From a bacterium (lineage in GTDB: Bacteria > Tectomicrobia > Entotheonellia > J063 > CAVPRW01), in NCBI GenBank assembly GCA_046727435.1, contig JBKPCR010000333.1:1-56606 (forward strand): a DNA stretch of 56,606 nt, in the 5' to 3' direction. The notes beneath the pieces were generated by a model. That model was not told where the DNA came from. It did no database searches and saw nothing but the letters and a program-made list of their open reading frames with translations. Positions 25,867 to 33,581 of this stretch are shown piece after piece. A program made the translations under genes and the position numbers. Positions within the stretch are counted from its first letter, which is position 1, and each line of letters begins with the position of its first letter.

Positions 25867-28074
25867 ATGGCCAAGGGGCGTATTCTGATCGTCGATGACG
25901 AGACCAGTATCGTGCGCTCACTGGAAGGGATTCTGGCTGACGAAGGGTTTGACGTGGTCCAGGCCCGCGATGGTGAAGCCGCGCTCGCGCTCCTCCAAGC
26001 GCAGTCCTGCGATCTCGTGCTGCTCGACCTGTGGATGCCGGGGATCGATGGTATTCAGACGTTGCAGCGCCTGAAGGCCATGCAGACCAATGTGTGCATC
26101 ATCGTCATGTCGGGACATGGTAATATCGAAACCGCCGTCAAAGCCACCAGGCTGGGGGCCTTCGATTATCTGGAAAAACCGTTGTCGCTGGATAATGTGC
26201 TGAGTTCAGTTAATGCCGCTTTTGATCATCTCTGGAAGACCCGCGATCATCACTGGGTGGAAGTGGTGCGGGCTGCCGTGGGGCCTCTCATTGGGGTCAG
26301 CGGCGCACTGCAAGAGCTGCGCACCCAGGTCGACGCGGCGACGCAGCACGAAACACCGCTGTTGATCGTTGGTGAGCCGGGGAGCGGCAAAGAATTTCTG
26401 GCTCGGCTGCTGCACCAGCGGCAGTATCCCCGAGGCCCGTTCGTGCGGCTCTACTGCGCTGCAGTATCCGACCAAGAGTTAAAGCAGGTATTCGGTGGTA
26501 GGGATAGCCTGCCCAGGCTCCTGCGGGACATGGAGGACACTGATCTCGACCACGACTTCGAGGCGGGAACGCTGTATCTGGATGGACTGGAAAGGCTTTC
26601 GACGCCAGTGCTGCATGCCTTTACCAGGCTCATGAGCGCCTCTGGGCCCCAGGCTTGGCGCGGCGGGGCACCGCTGCGGATGCGCGTCATGGCGGCGACG
26701 CTCCCAAGCGCCTGGCCGCATTCCGGGATCGAGGTTCTGCCGGCAGAGCTGCAACGGGTGTTTGCTTCCTCGACCCTGATGACGATCCCTTTGCGCCACC
26801 GTGTTGAGGATATTCCACTGCTGGCGGAGTATTACTTGCGCTGCTCGGCGCGTAAATATGGCTCGATTCCCAAGGAATTGCATCCTGAGGCGCTACAGGC
26901 GCTGATGGGGTACGATTGGCCCGGCAATGTGAACGAGCTGAAGGCGATGCTGGAGCGCGTTGTGCTGACGACGCCGAGGGGGATCATCGGAGTGGAACAT
27001 CTCCCGCATCACGTGATCGAACCGGCTGGGACCTCAGGCAACGTGACTTCTGGGGCACCCTATGCGTCGTTGAAAGAGGCTCGGAGGGCTTGGGAGCGCC
27101 AGTATCTGGTCGAGCAACTTCGCAAGCATCACTGGGATGCTGCGCACACGGCGCAAGCGCTGCGGCTGAACGAACGCAGCCTGCAACGCCGACTACAGGT
27201 GTTGGGTATCAGGGGGAACGAGCTTCCTAGCCGTTCGACGCTGCCGCAACGGACGTTGCAGCGGAGCGTCGTGATCCATGGCCAGGGCCTCCAATCTGGC
27301 GTCAAGACTGGCATGATTCTCTCGCCACTGCCGACGAATAGTGGCATCCTGTTCGGCGACATCGCGACTGGGGCAACCGTCCCGGCCGCGGCGGCGCATG
27401 TGGAGTCGACGGGCTATGCGACGACCCTGCGCCGTGGCTTGGTCACGGCACGAACCGTCGAGCACATCATGGCGGCGCTGCATATGTACCGCCTGACCAA
27501 CGTTCTGGTGAAGATCGGTGGTGAGGTACCGTTTATGGACGGCTCGGCGCGAGATTTCTGCCAACTGATCGAAGCGGCGGGGGTAGAGGAGCAAGCGGCC
27601 GAAGCTCCCCTGCTGAAGATTTGTGAGCGGCACGTGTGGGGACAGGAGGAGCCGGACCAGAAACATTTCGTCATCGAGCCCGCCTCACACCTCACCATCA
27701 CGTACCATCTGCAATACCCACCGCCGATCGGACGCCAGCAGTATACCTTTGTCGCGGATAGTCCAGAGCACTTCAAAGCCACAATCGCACCCGCACGCAC
27801 CTTCGGTTTCGTCAAAGAGATCGAACACTTGCATGCGCTTGGTATGGCCAATGGCGGGCGCCTGACGAACGTCATCTTGGTGGACGAGTCGCGGATCATC
27901 AACACCGAGTTGCGCTTTCCTGATGAGTTCGTGCGACATAAGGTCCTCGACCTCCTGGGCGATCTGTATTTAACTGGTAAGTTCGTGCAGGGCAAGATCA
28001 CCGCGTATCTGACCGGGCATACGGAGAATCTGGCGCTCGTCAAATTCCTCCTGGGATTGTCAGGTGAGGCCTAG
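25867..28074 (+). CDS. lpxC: Fusion protein: NtrX/NtrC-type response regulator (REC + degenerate AAA+ + Fis HTH) joined in frame to UDP-3-O-acyl-N-acetylglucosamine deacetylase LpxC
   Basis: One open frame with no stop from 25840 to 28074. REC is about 25882-26193 (ILIVDDE, LVLLDLWMPG, VMSGHG, LEKP). AAA+ is about 26287-26967 (GEPGSGKE, LYLDGL, WPGNVNEL). HTH is about 27070-27210. LpxC is 27247-28071 (QRTLQRS..GQGLQSG, TVEHIMAAL, ARTFGF, FVRHKVLDLLGDLY, LTGH). ATG 25867 is preferred over GTG 25840. Confidence 0.9.
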   Translation: MAKGRILIVDDETSIVRSLEGILADEGFDVVQARDGEAALALLQAQSCDLVLLDLWMPGIDGIQTLQRLKAMQTNVCIIVMSGHGNIETAVKATRLGAFDYLEKPLSLDNVLSSVNAAFDHLWKTRDHHWVEVVRAAVGPLIGVSGALQELRTQVDAATQHETPLLIVGEPGSGKEFLARLLHQRQYPRGPFVRLYCAAVSDQELKQVFGGRDSLPRLLRDMEDTDLDHDFEAGTLYLDGLERLSTPVLHAFTRLMSASGPQAWRGGAPLRMRVMAATLPSAWPHSGIEVLPAELQRVFASSTLMTIPLRHRVEDIPLLAEYYLRCSARKYGSIPKELHPEALQALMGYDWPGNVNELKAMLERVVLTTPRGIIGVEHLPHHVIEPAGTSGNVTSGAPYASLKEARRAWERQYLVEQLRKHHWDAAHTAQALRLNERSLQRRLQVLGIRGNELPSRSTLPQRTLQRSVVIHGQGLQSGVKTGMILSPLPTNSGILFGDIATGATVPAAAAHVESTGYATTLRRGLVTARTVEHIMAALHMYRLTNVLVKIGGEVPFMDGSARDFCQLIEAAGVEEQAAEAPLLKICERHVWGQEEPDQKHFVIEPASHLTITYHLQYPPPIGRQQYTFVADSPEHFKATIAPARTFGFVKEIEHLHALGMANGGRLTNVILVDESRIINTELRFPDEFVRHKVLDLLGDLYLTGKFVQGKITAYLTGHTENLALVKFLLGLSGEA
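27247..28071 (+). other. lpxC: LpxC catalytic domain segment of the fusion ORF
   Basis: Aligns end to end with E. coli and Aquifex LpxC as I remember them. Equivalents of Glu78/His79 (codons 27460-27465), Thr191/Phe192, His238/Lys239/Asp242/Asp246 and His265 are all present. Confidence 0.88.
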
Positions 28075-28075
28075 C

Positions 28076-28795
28076 ATGGGGTGCCAGGGATCCGGCTATC
28101 AACGGCTCGGACTGGTGGGCGTGTGGATGCTCTGGCTGCTGCATCTTGGGCTGTGCACCACTTCCGGGGGTGAAGCAGGCCAGGCCTTAGGGCCCGACGC
28201 GGTGGTGGGGCGTGTCCAAAGCCGGTATGAGCGCACGACGCGTTTGCAGGCACGCTTCCGGCAGGAAACCCGCGTGCCTGGCTTCGATCAGGTCCAGACC
28301 GGGGAAGGGCAGGTGTGGATTCTGAAACCGGGGATGATGCGCTGGGATTACACCAAGCCAGAGCGCCAAACCATCATCGCCAACGGCGAGACGCTGTGGA
28401 TCTATCTTCCCGAGGATCGGCAGGTGATTCGCGACCACATCAACCACTCTCTGGGAACGCGTACGCCTGCCCTCTTCCTGGCGGGGCAGGCCCGGCTTAC
28501 CGATCTGTTTATGGTGGCGAGGACGTCGCCCCAAGGCCCTAGCGAAGGAGGCTTGCTTCAGCTAGAATTAACGCCAAAAGGTGAAGCTTTACCCTATACT
28601 CAGGTCTATCTCGGGATCGATCCCAGCTCCTATCTGGTGAAGCTGGTACGGGTGATCGATGCCATAGGAAACATGACCGCCATGTGGTTCACCGACATCG
28701 ATACGGAGGCGGCTGTTGCGCCCTCGTTATTTCAATTTCACGTTCCACCGGGGGTAGAGGTCATGGCTCCACCCGTGTTCCCCGGGCCACGATAA
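28076..28795 (+). CDS. lolA: Outer-membrane lipoprotein carrier protein LolA (or LolA-like)
   Basis: Signal peptide, then VQSRYERTTRLQARFRQE...GEGQVWILKPGMMRWDY...GETLWIYLPEDRQV, the typical LolA N-terminal pattern. ATG 28076 lies 1 nt after the upstream TAG. Confidence 0.8.
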   Translation: MGCQGSGYQRLGLVGVWMLWLLHLGLCTTSGGEAGQALGPDAVVGRVQSRYERTTRLQARFRQETRVPGFDQVQTGEGQVWILKPGMMRWDYTKPERQTIIANGETLWIYLPEDRQVIRDHINHSLGTRTPALFLAGQARLTDLFMVARTSPQGPSEGGLLQLELTPKGEALPYTQVYLGIDPSSYLVKLVRVIDAIGNMTAMWFTDIDTEAAVAPSLFQFHVPPGVEVMAPPVFPGPR

Positions 28796-28812
28796 TCAAG
28801 TGGGAGGCGAGT

Positions 28813-29895
28813 GTGGAAAATTTGCATATGGTGGAAATCATCCTCAAAGTCGCGATGGCCTTCTGTCTGCTCATTGTCATCCATGAGCTTGGGCATTTTC
28901 TGGTCGCGAAATATCTCGGTATCGGGGTCGAACGTTTTTCGATCGGTTTCGGGCCGAAGCTTGCCAGCTTCCGCTGGCGGGAGACCGAGTACATGTTGTC
29001 AGTGATTCCCCTGGGTGGTTACGTCAAGCTCATCGGTGATGACCCTCGCGGCGCCGATGGCGATCATCCTCGAGCCTTCCTCAATAAGCCCATCAGTCAC
29101 CGGATTGCGGTGGTGGCGGCAGGCCCGCTGGCGAACTTTGCGTTGGCGGTGGTGATTTTAGCGAGTGTGCACTGGGTGGGCGTTCCGACGCCGCAGATCT
29201 CTGAGCTGCCGGAGGTTGGGGAGGTCGTGGCCGATTCTCCGGCGCAGCAGGCCGGTTTACAACCAGGAGATCGCATTCTGATGGTGAATGGCGCACCAGT
29301 CAGCAAGTGGGAGGACCTGGTGCAGACCATCCACCGGCATGTGAATACCCCGCTTCAGCTCAGGGTGCAGCGCGGCACACAAACCTTCGACGTGACGGTG
29401 ACCCCGAAGGCAGGCAAGATCATCAAAGATTTAGAAGAGGTGGAAGTGGGGCTGATCGGCGTGGCGCCCCACATGGATTTCACGGTGATGCGTTACTCTC
29501 CGCCCGTCGCCCTGTGGAAAGGTGTGGAGAAAACCTGGGAGCTCAGCGCCCTGACCGTCGTGTCGCTGGTGAAGATGGTGCAGGGGAAGATCTCGCCCAA
29601 ACATCTCGCCGGCCCCGTAGGGATTTTTCAGATGGCTGGGCAGCAGGCGAAAGTCGGGCTGCTGCCGCTGGTCTCGTTGATGGCCGTGCTCAGCATCAGT
29701 TTGGGAATCCTCAACCTCTTTCCCATCCCGGTGCTGGATGGCGGACATATCCTGTTCTTCGCCTTAGAGGGCTTGTGGGGACAGCCTATCAGCCCACGCA
29801 AGCAGGAGATCGCCACGCAGGTCGGCTTGTTTCTGCTGGTAGCGCTCATGCTGACCGCCTTCTATAATGATCTGCTACGCATCTTTGCCAACTAG
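28813..29895 (+). CDS. rseP: Site-2 (RIP) zinc metalloprotease RseP
   Basis: HELGHFLVAK zinc site, a PDZ domain (GLQPGDRILMVNG), and the C-terminal NLFPIPVLDGGH motif. GTG 28813 has GGGAGG 5 nt upstream. ATG 28828 is the alternative start. Confidence 0.9.
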   Translation: MENLHMVEIILKVAMAFCLLIVIHELGHFLVAKYLGIGVERFSIGFGPKLASFRWRETEYMLSVIPLGGYVKLIGDDPRGADGDHPRAFLNKPISHRIAVVAAGPLANFALAVVILASVHWVGVPTPQISELPEVGEVVADSPAQQAGLQPGDRILMVNGAPVSKWEDLVQTIHRHVNTPLQLRVQRGTQTFDVTVTPKAGKIIKDLEEVEVGLIGVAPHMDFTVMRYSPPVALWKGVEKTWELSALTVVSLVKMVQGKISPKHLAGPVGIFQMAGQQAKVGLLPLVSLMAVLSISLGILNLFPIPVLDGGHILFFALEGLWGQPISPRKQEIATQVGLFLLVALMLTAFYNDLLRIFAN

Positions 29896-29914
29896 TCTCG
29901 CCTGAGGGCCGCCG

Positions 29915-31651
29915 ATGAAACGATCCCAGCTCTTTCTGCCCACGATGAGAGACGTGCCAGCGGAAGCCGAGGTCATCAGCCATCAACTGATGCTCCGGGC
30001 TGGACTCATCCGCCGGGTTGCCGCCGGTGTCTACGCATATCTGCCGTTAGGACACCGGGTGATGCAGAAGGTAGGGCAGATCATTCGCGAAGAGATGAAC
30101 CGCGCCGGGGCGCAAGAGCTGCTGCTGCCGGCGGTGCAGCCAGCGGAATTGTGGCAGGAGAGCGGGCGTTGGGAACTCATGGGTAAGGAGATGATGCGGC
30201 TGAAAGATCGCCACGAGCGCGATTTTTGCTTGGGACCCACGCATGAGGAAGTGATCACCGACCTGGTGCGACGGGAAATCCGTTCCTATCGCCAACTGCC
30301 GCTCATGCTCTACCAGATCCAAACGAAATTTCGCGATGAGGTCCGACCCCGGTTTGGGTTGATGCGTGGGCGCGAGTTCGTCATGAAAGATGCCTATAGC
30401 TTCGACCGCGATGGCGCTGGTGCCGATGTCAGCTATCGTAAAATGTATGACGCCTACGGCGCCATCTTTTCGCGCTGTGGCCTGCAATATTCGGCGGTTG
30501 AGGCCGAGTCGGGCGCCATCGGTGGCAGTTATTCGCAGGAATTTATGGTGCTCGCCGACACCGGTGAGGATGCCATCGCCGTCTGCGATGGTTGTCGCTA
30601 TGCGGCCAACGTCGAGCGCGCCGAAATCGCCGCCGCTCCGACACCGCCGCCCGGCGAGCCGCTGCAGCCGCTCGCACCGGTGCAAACGCCTGGCCAGACG
30701 ACCGTTGAGGCCGTGGCCGCATACCTCGGCGTGCCACGCCAGGCGATCGTCAAGACGCTCCTCTACGAAGCCGATGGCCGCGTCGTCGGGGTGCTGGTGC
30801 GCGGCGATCGACAGGTGAACGAGGCCAAGCTTGCCAAACACTTGCAGGTGGGAGGAGTACGTTTCGCCGACCGTGCCACCATCGAGCGCGTCACTGGGGG
30901 ACCAGAGGGGTTGTCGGGACCGGTTGGTCTCACCGGGGTGCCCATTCTGGCGGATCACGAGGTGCGCGGCATGCGCAATATCGTCGTCGGGGCGAATGCT
31001 CCGGACGTGCACTACGTCAATGCCAATGACGGGCGCGATTTCGGTGTCGATCGCTACATCGACGTGCGGCTGGTGAATGAGGCTGATCCTTGCGCCCGGT
31101 GCGGAAAACCGTTGCGAATCGTACGCGGCATTGAGGTCGGGCACGTGTTTAAACTGGGCACGAAGTATAGCGCGTCCATGGACGCCACCTATCTCGACGT
31201 CGATGGCACAGCGCATCCCCTCGTGATGGGCTGCTATGGCATTGGCGTCGGCCGTACCGCAGCGGCTGCCGTCGAGCAGCATCATGACGCCGATGGCATC
31301 GTTTGGCCCATACCCATTGCCCCGCTGCAGGTTATGGTCGTGCCGGTCAATGTCACCGACAGTCATAGTTGGGAGACAGCCCAAGCGCTCCATAACGCGC
31401 TCGAGGCGGCCGGTGTCGAAGTGTTACTCGACGATCGCGATGAACGCCCTGGGGTCAAATTTAAGGATGCGGATCTCATCGGTTTGCCCTTGAGGGTGAC
31501 GATCGGCAAAGCCTTGGCGCAGGGACAGGTGGAACTCATGGCTCGACGAGCCCGGCGTACCACCATGGTCCGAGTGGAGGAGGCGGTACCCCGCCTGCGC
31601 CAGATCGTAGAGGGTGGGGAACACGCCTTTCCGGAACTGTTTGCGACTTGA
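29915..31651 (+). CDS. proS: Proline--tRNA ligase (bacterial type with INS editing domain)
   Basis: Class-II motifs (FRDEVRPRFGLMRGREFVMKDAYSF; GCYGIGVGR), in 578 aa. Confidence 0.97.
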   Translation: MKRSQLFLPTMRDVPAEAEVISHQLMLRAGLIRRVAAGVYAYLPLGHRVMQKVGQIIREEMNRAGAQELLLPAVQPAELWQESGRWELMGKEMMRLKDRHERDFCLGPTHEEVITDLVRREIRSYRQLPLMLYQIQTKFRDEVRPRFGLMRGREFVMKDAYSFDRDGAGADVSYRKMYDAYGAIFSRCGLQYSAVEAESGAIGGSYSQEFMVLADTGEDAIAVCDGCRYAANVERAEIAAAPTPPPGEPLQPLAPVQTPGQTTVEAVAAYLGVPRQAIVKTLLYEADGRVVGVLVRGDRQVNEAKLAKHLQVGGVRFADRATIERVTGGPEGLSGPVGLTGVPILADHEVRGMRNIVVGANAPDVHYVNANDGRDFGVDRYIDVRLVNEADPCARCGKPLRIVRGIEVGHVFKLGTKYSASMDATYLDVDGTAHPLVMGCYGIGVGRTAAAAVEQHHDADGIVWPIPIAPLQVMVVPVNVTDSHSWETAQALHNALEAAGVEVLLDDRDERPGVKFKDADLIGLPLRVTIGKALAQGQVELMARRARRTTMVRVEEAVPRLRQIVEGGEHAFPELFAT

Positions 31652-31676
31652 CGTGTTGCAACGAGTGTGCTAAGGT
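31648..31676 (+). promoter_or_regulatory. Possible promoter overlapping the proS stop
   Basis: TTGACG (31648-31653), 17-nt spacer, TAAGGT (31671-31676). It would start a transcript of about 115 nt that ends at the terminator 31773-31799. Confidence 0.3.
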
Positions 31677-31772
31677 TTAGCCGTGCAGAATAGGACTATA
31701 GTGGCTTGACCACAGGTTCAGTGTGCCTCCCGGTTGAGCGTACTGGCCACTGCACAGGCGATGGGGAGGCAG

Positions 31773-31799
31773 AAATGGGCGATGCGCCCATTTTTTTTT
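31773..31799 (+). terminator. Rho-independent terminator (proS terminator and/or rimP-nusA leader attenuator)
   Basis: AAATGGGCG-atg-CGCCCATTT stem followed by a run of nine T (31791-31799). This is the only classical stem + U-tract terminator I see in the window. Confidence 0.75.
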
Positions 31800-31850
31800 C
31801 GGTGTGATGGTCCATAGCCGCATGCGGGATCGCTGGGGAGAACACCACCG

Positions 31851-32315
31851 GTGGAGTGCGATGCCACGATCGCAAGCCTACGACAGGCCGTTGAGCCCTT
31901 GCTGGCAGCTGAGGGGATGGGCCTCGTCGACTTGCAATGGAGTCGCCGTGGGCAACGCTGGGTCCTTACCCTCTTTATCGAGCACGAGGGGGGGGTAACG
32001 CTCGACGATTGTGCCCAGATCAGTAGACAGGTCGGGGAGCGCATTGAAGTCGACAACCTGATCGACCATGCCTACACCCTGGAAGTCTCCTCGCCGGGCC
32101 TTGACCGACCCTTGCGGACGTTGGCCGATTTTGAACGTTTTCATGAGCATCTGGTGCGGATCGTGACGACGATTCCGATTCAGGGTCGCTCGACGATTGT
32201 CGGCCGACTCAAAGGCGTCGAGGGAGAGCGCGTGTTTGTGGAAGCCAAGCGCCTTGGCACGGTGCCAATTCCCGTAACGCAGATCAAACACGCCAGACTT
32301 GAGATCGAGTTCTGA
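31851..32315 (+). CDS. rimP: Ribosome maturation factor RimP
   Basis: LEVSSPGLDRPLR motif and a position upstream of nusA. GTG start with GGGGAG upstream. Confidence 0.9.
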   Translation: MECDATIASLRQAVEPLLAAEGMGLVDLQWSRRGQRWVLTLFIEHEGGVTLDDCAQISRQVGERIEVDNLIDHAYTLEVSSPGLDRPLRTLADFERFHEHLVRIVTTIPIQGRSTIVGRLKGVEGERVFVEAKRLGTVPIPVTQIKHARLEIEF

Positions 32316-32330
32316 TCACCTGGAGAGACG

Positions 32331-33581
32331 GTGGTGAATCAAGAGATTCTTCGCATTATTGAGCAAATCTCCCGGGAGAAAGGGATCGAGAAGGAAGTCC
32401 TGCTCGCTGGTGTAGAAGCGGCGGTGCTGTCGGCCGCCAAACGCCGGTACGGCCCGGCCGAAAGCCTGCAGGCGCATTTTAATCCCCAAACCGGCACGCT
32501 CGAACTGACGATCGCGAAGACCGTCGCGGCGCTGCTTAAAGACCCCAAAGGCGAGATCGCTCTTGAGCAAGCCAGAGCCTACGACCTGGAGGCGAAGGTC
32601 GGGGACGTGATGCACATCCCACTCGAGGTGGAGGGATTTGGGCGCATTGCGGCACAAACGGCGAAACAGGTGATCATCCAGAAGGTGCGCGAGGCCGAGC
32701 GAGACATCATCTACAACGAGTATAAGGGGCGCGAGGGCGAACTCGTCAACGGCGTGATCCAGCGCTTTGAGAAAGGGGATATCATTCTCGACCTTGGCAA
32801 GACCGAGGCGCTCCTGCCGCGCAAGGAGCAGTCGACGCGCGAAACCTTCCAGCGCGGCGAACGGGTGCGAGCCTATATTCTCGAGGTGCGCAAGGGCACC
32901 AGCGGCCCGCAGATCATCGCCTCTCGCACGCATCCGGGGCTGGTCGAGCGCCTTTTCGAGATGGAGGTGCCGGAGATCTACGAGGGCATTATTGAGATCA
33001 AGGGCGCGGTGCGCGAGCCCAATGGCCGCGCGAAGATCGCCGTCTATTCTCGTGATCGTGCCGTCGACCCCATTGGCGCCTGCGTAGGTATGCGCGGCGT
33101 GCGGGTGCAATCAGTGGTCCAGGAACTGCGGGGCGAGAAGATCGACATCGTGCAGTGGTCGGACGACCCCGCCACCTTCGTCGGCAATGCCCTCAGCCCG
33201 GCGAAGATCTATAAGATCAACGTGAACTCGGATGGTCGCGCCATGGAAGTGATCGTCGAGGATGATCAACTCTCGCTTGCCATCGGCAAGAAGGGCCAAA
33301 ACGTCCGGCTCGCCGCCAAGCTGACCAAATGGCGTTTGGACATCAAGAGTCGCTCAGAATACGAACAGGGGCTGCGGACGACCGCAGAGGGCGCGCTCGC
33401 TGGCCTGACGGCCGCGTCAGGGGTGGTAGGAGAACTGGTGGGGGCGATGGACGACGTCGCCACACTGACGCCGGCTGACCTGGGCGCCTTGTCGGTGGAG
33501 AGTGATCCCGGACCAACGGCGGCTCCCGATCGCATGGTCGATGCCACGATGGATGGCGGCACGCATGAGCTTGAGCGGTAG
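32331..33581 (+). CDS. nusA: Transcription termination/antitermination factor NusA
   Basis: N-terminal domain, S1 domain and KH1/KH2 domains (GACVGMRGVRVQSVVQELRGEKIDIV; LAIGKKGQNVRLA). Confidence 0.96.
   Translation: MVNQEILRIIEQISREKGIEKEVLLAGVEAAVLSAAKRRYGPAESLQAHFNPQTGTLELTIAKTVAALLKDPKGEIALEQARAYDLEAKVGDVMHIPLEVEGFGRIAAQTAKQVIIQKVREAERDIIYNEYKGREGELVNGVIQRFEKGDIILDLGKTEALLPRKEQSTRETFQRGERVRAYILEVRKGTSGPQIIASRTHPGLVERLFEMEVPEIYEGIIEIKGAVREPNGRAKIAVYSRDRAVDPIGACVGMRGVRVQSVVQELRGEKIDIVQWSDDPATFVGNALSPAKIYKINVNSDGRAMEVIVEDDQLSLAIGKKGQNVRLAAKLTKWRLDIKSRSEYEQGLRTTAEGALAGLTAASGVVGELVGAMDDVATLTPADLGALSVESDPGPTAAPDRMVDATMDGGTHELER

Noticed and set aside
27200-27250. Possibility that LpxC is a separate gene with its own start just after the HTH.
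   Set aside because: No stop codon terminates the regulator frame. The only start-like codons nearby are the GTG/TTG inside QVLG (no SD) and CTG 27241. The AGGGGGA at 27211-27217 is not followed by a start codon within 5-12 nt. I therefore call a true fusion, subject to read-level verification.
30047-31393. 448-aa ORF on the minus strand. Similar long ORFs lie at 18214-19065, 32316-33110, 44993-45892, 46882-47688, 52865-53731 and 13786-14538.
   Set aside because: Each lies exactly antisense to, or out of frame with, a gene identified by strong family motifs (proS, lapB, nusA, DUF151-PDZ, aminotransferase, murD, ybeZ/pgpH). Their translations are Arg/Gly/Pro/His-rich with no recognisable motifs, the usual artefact of stop-poor antisense frames in high-GC DNA.
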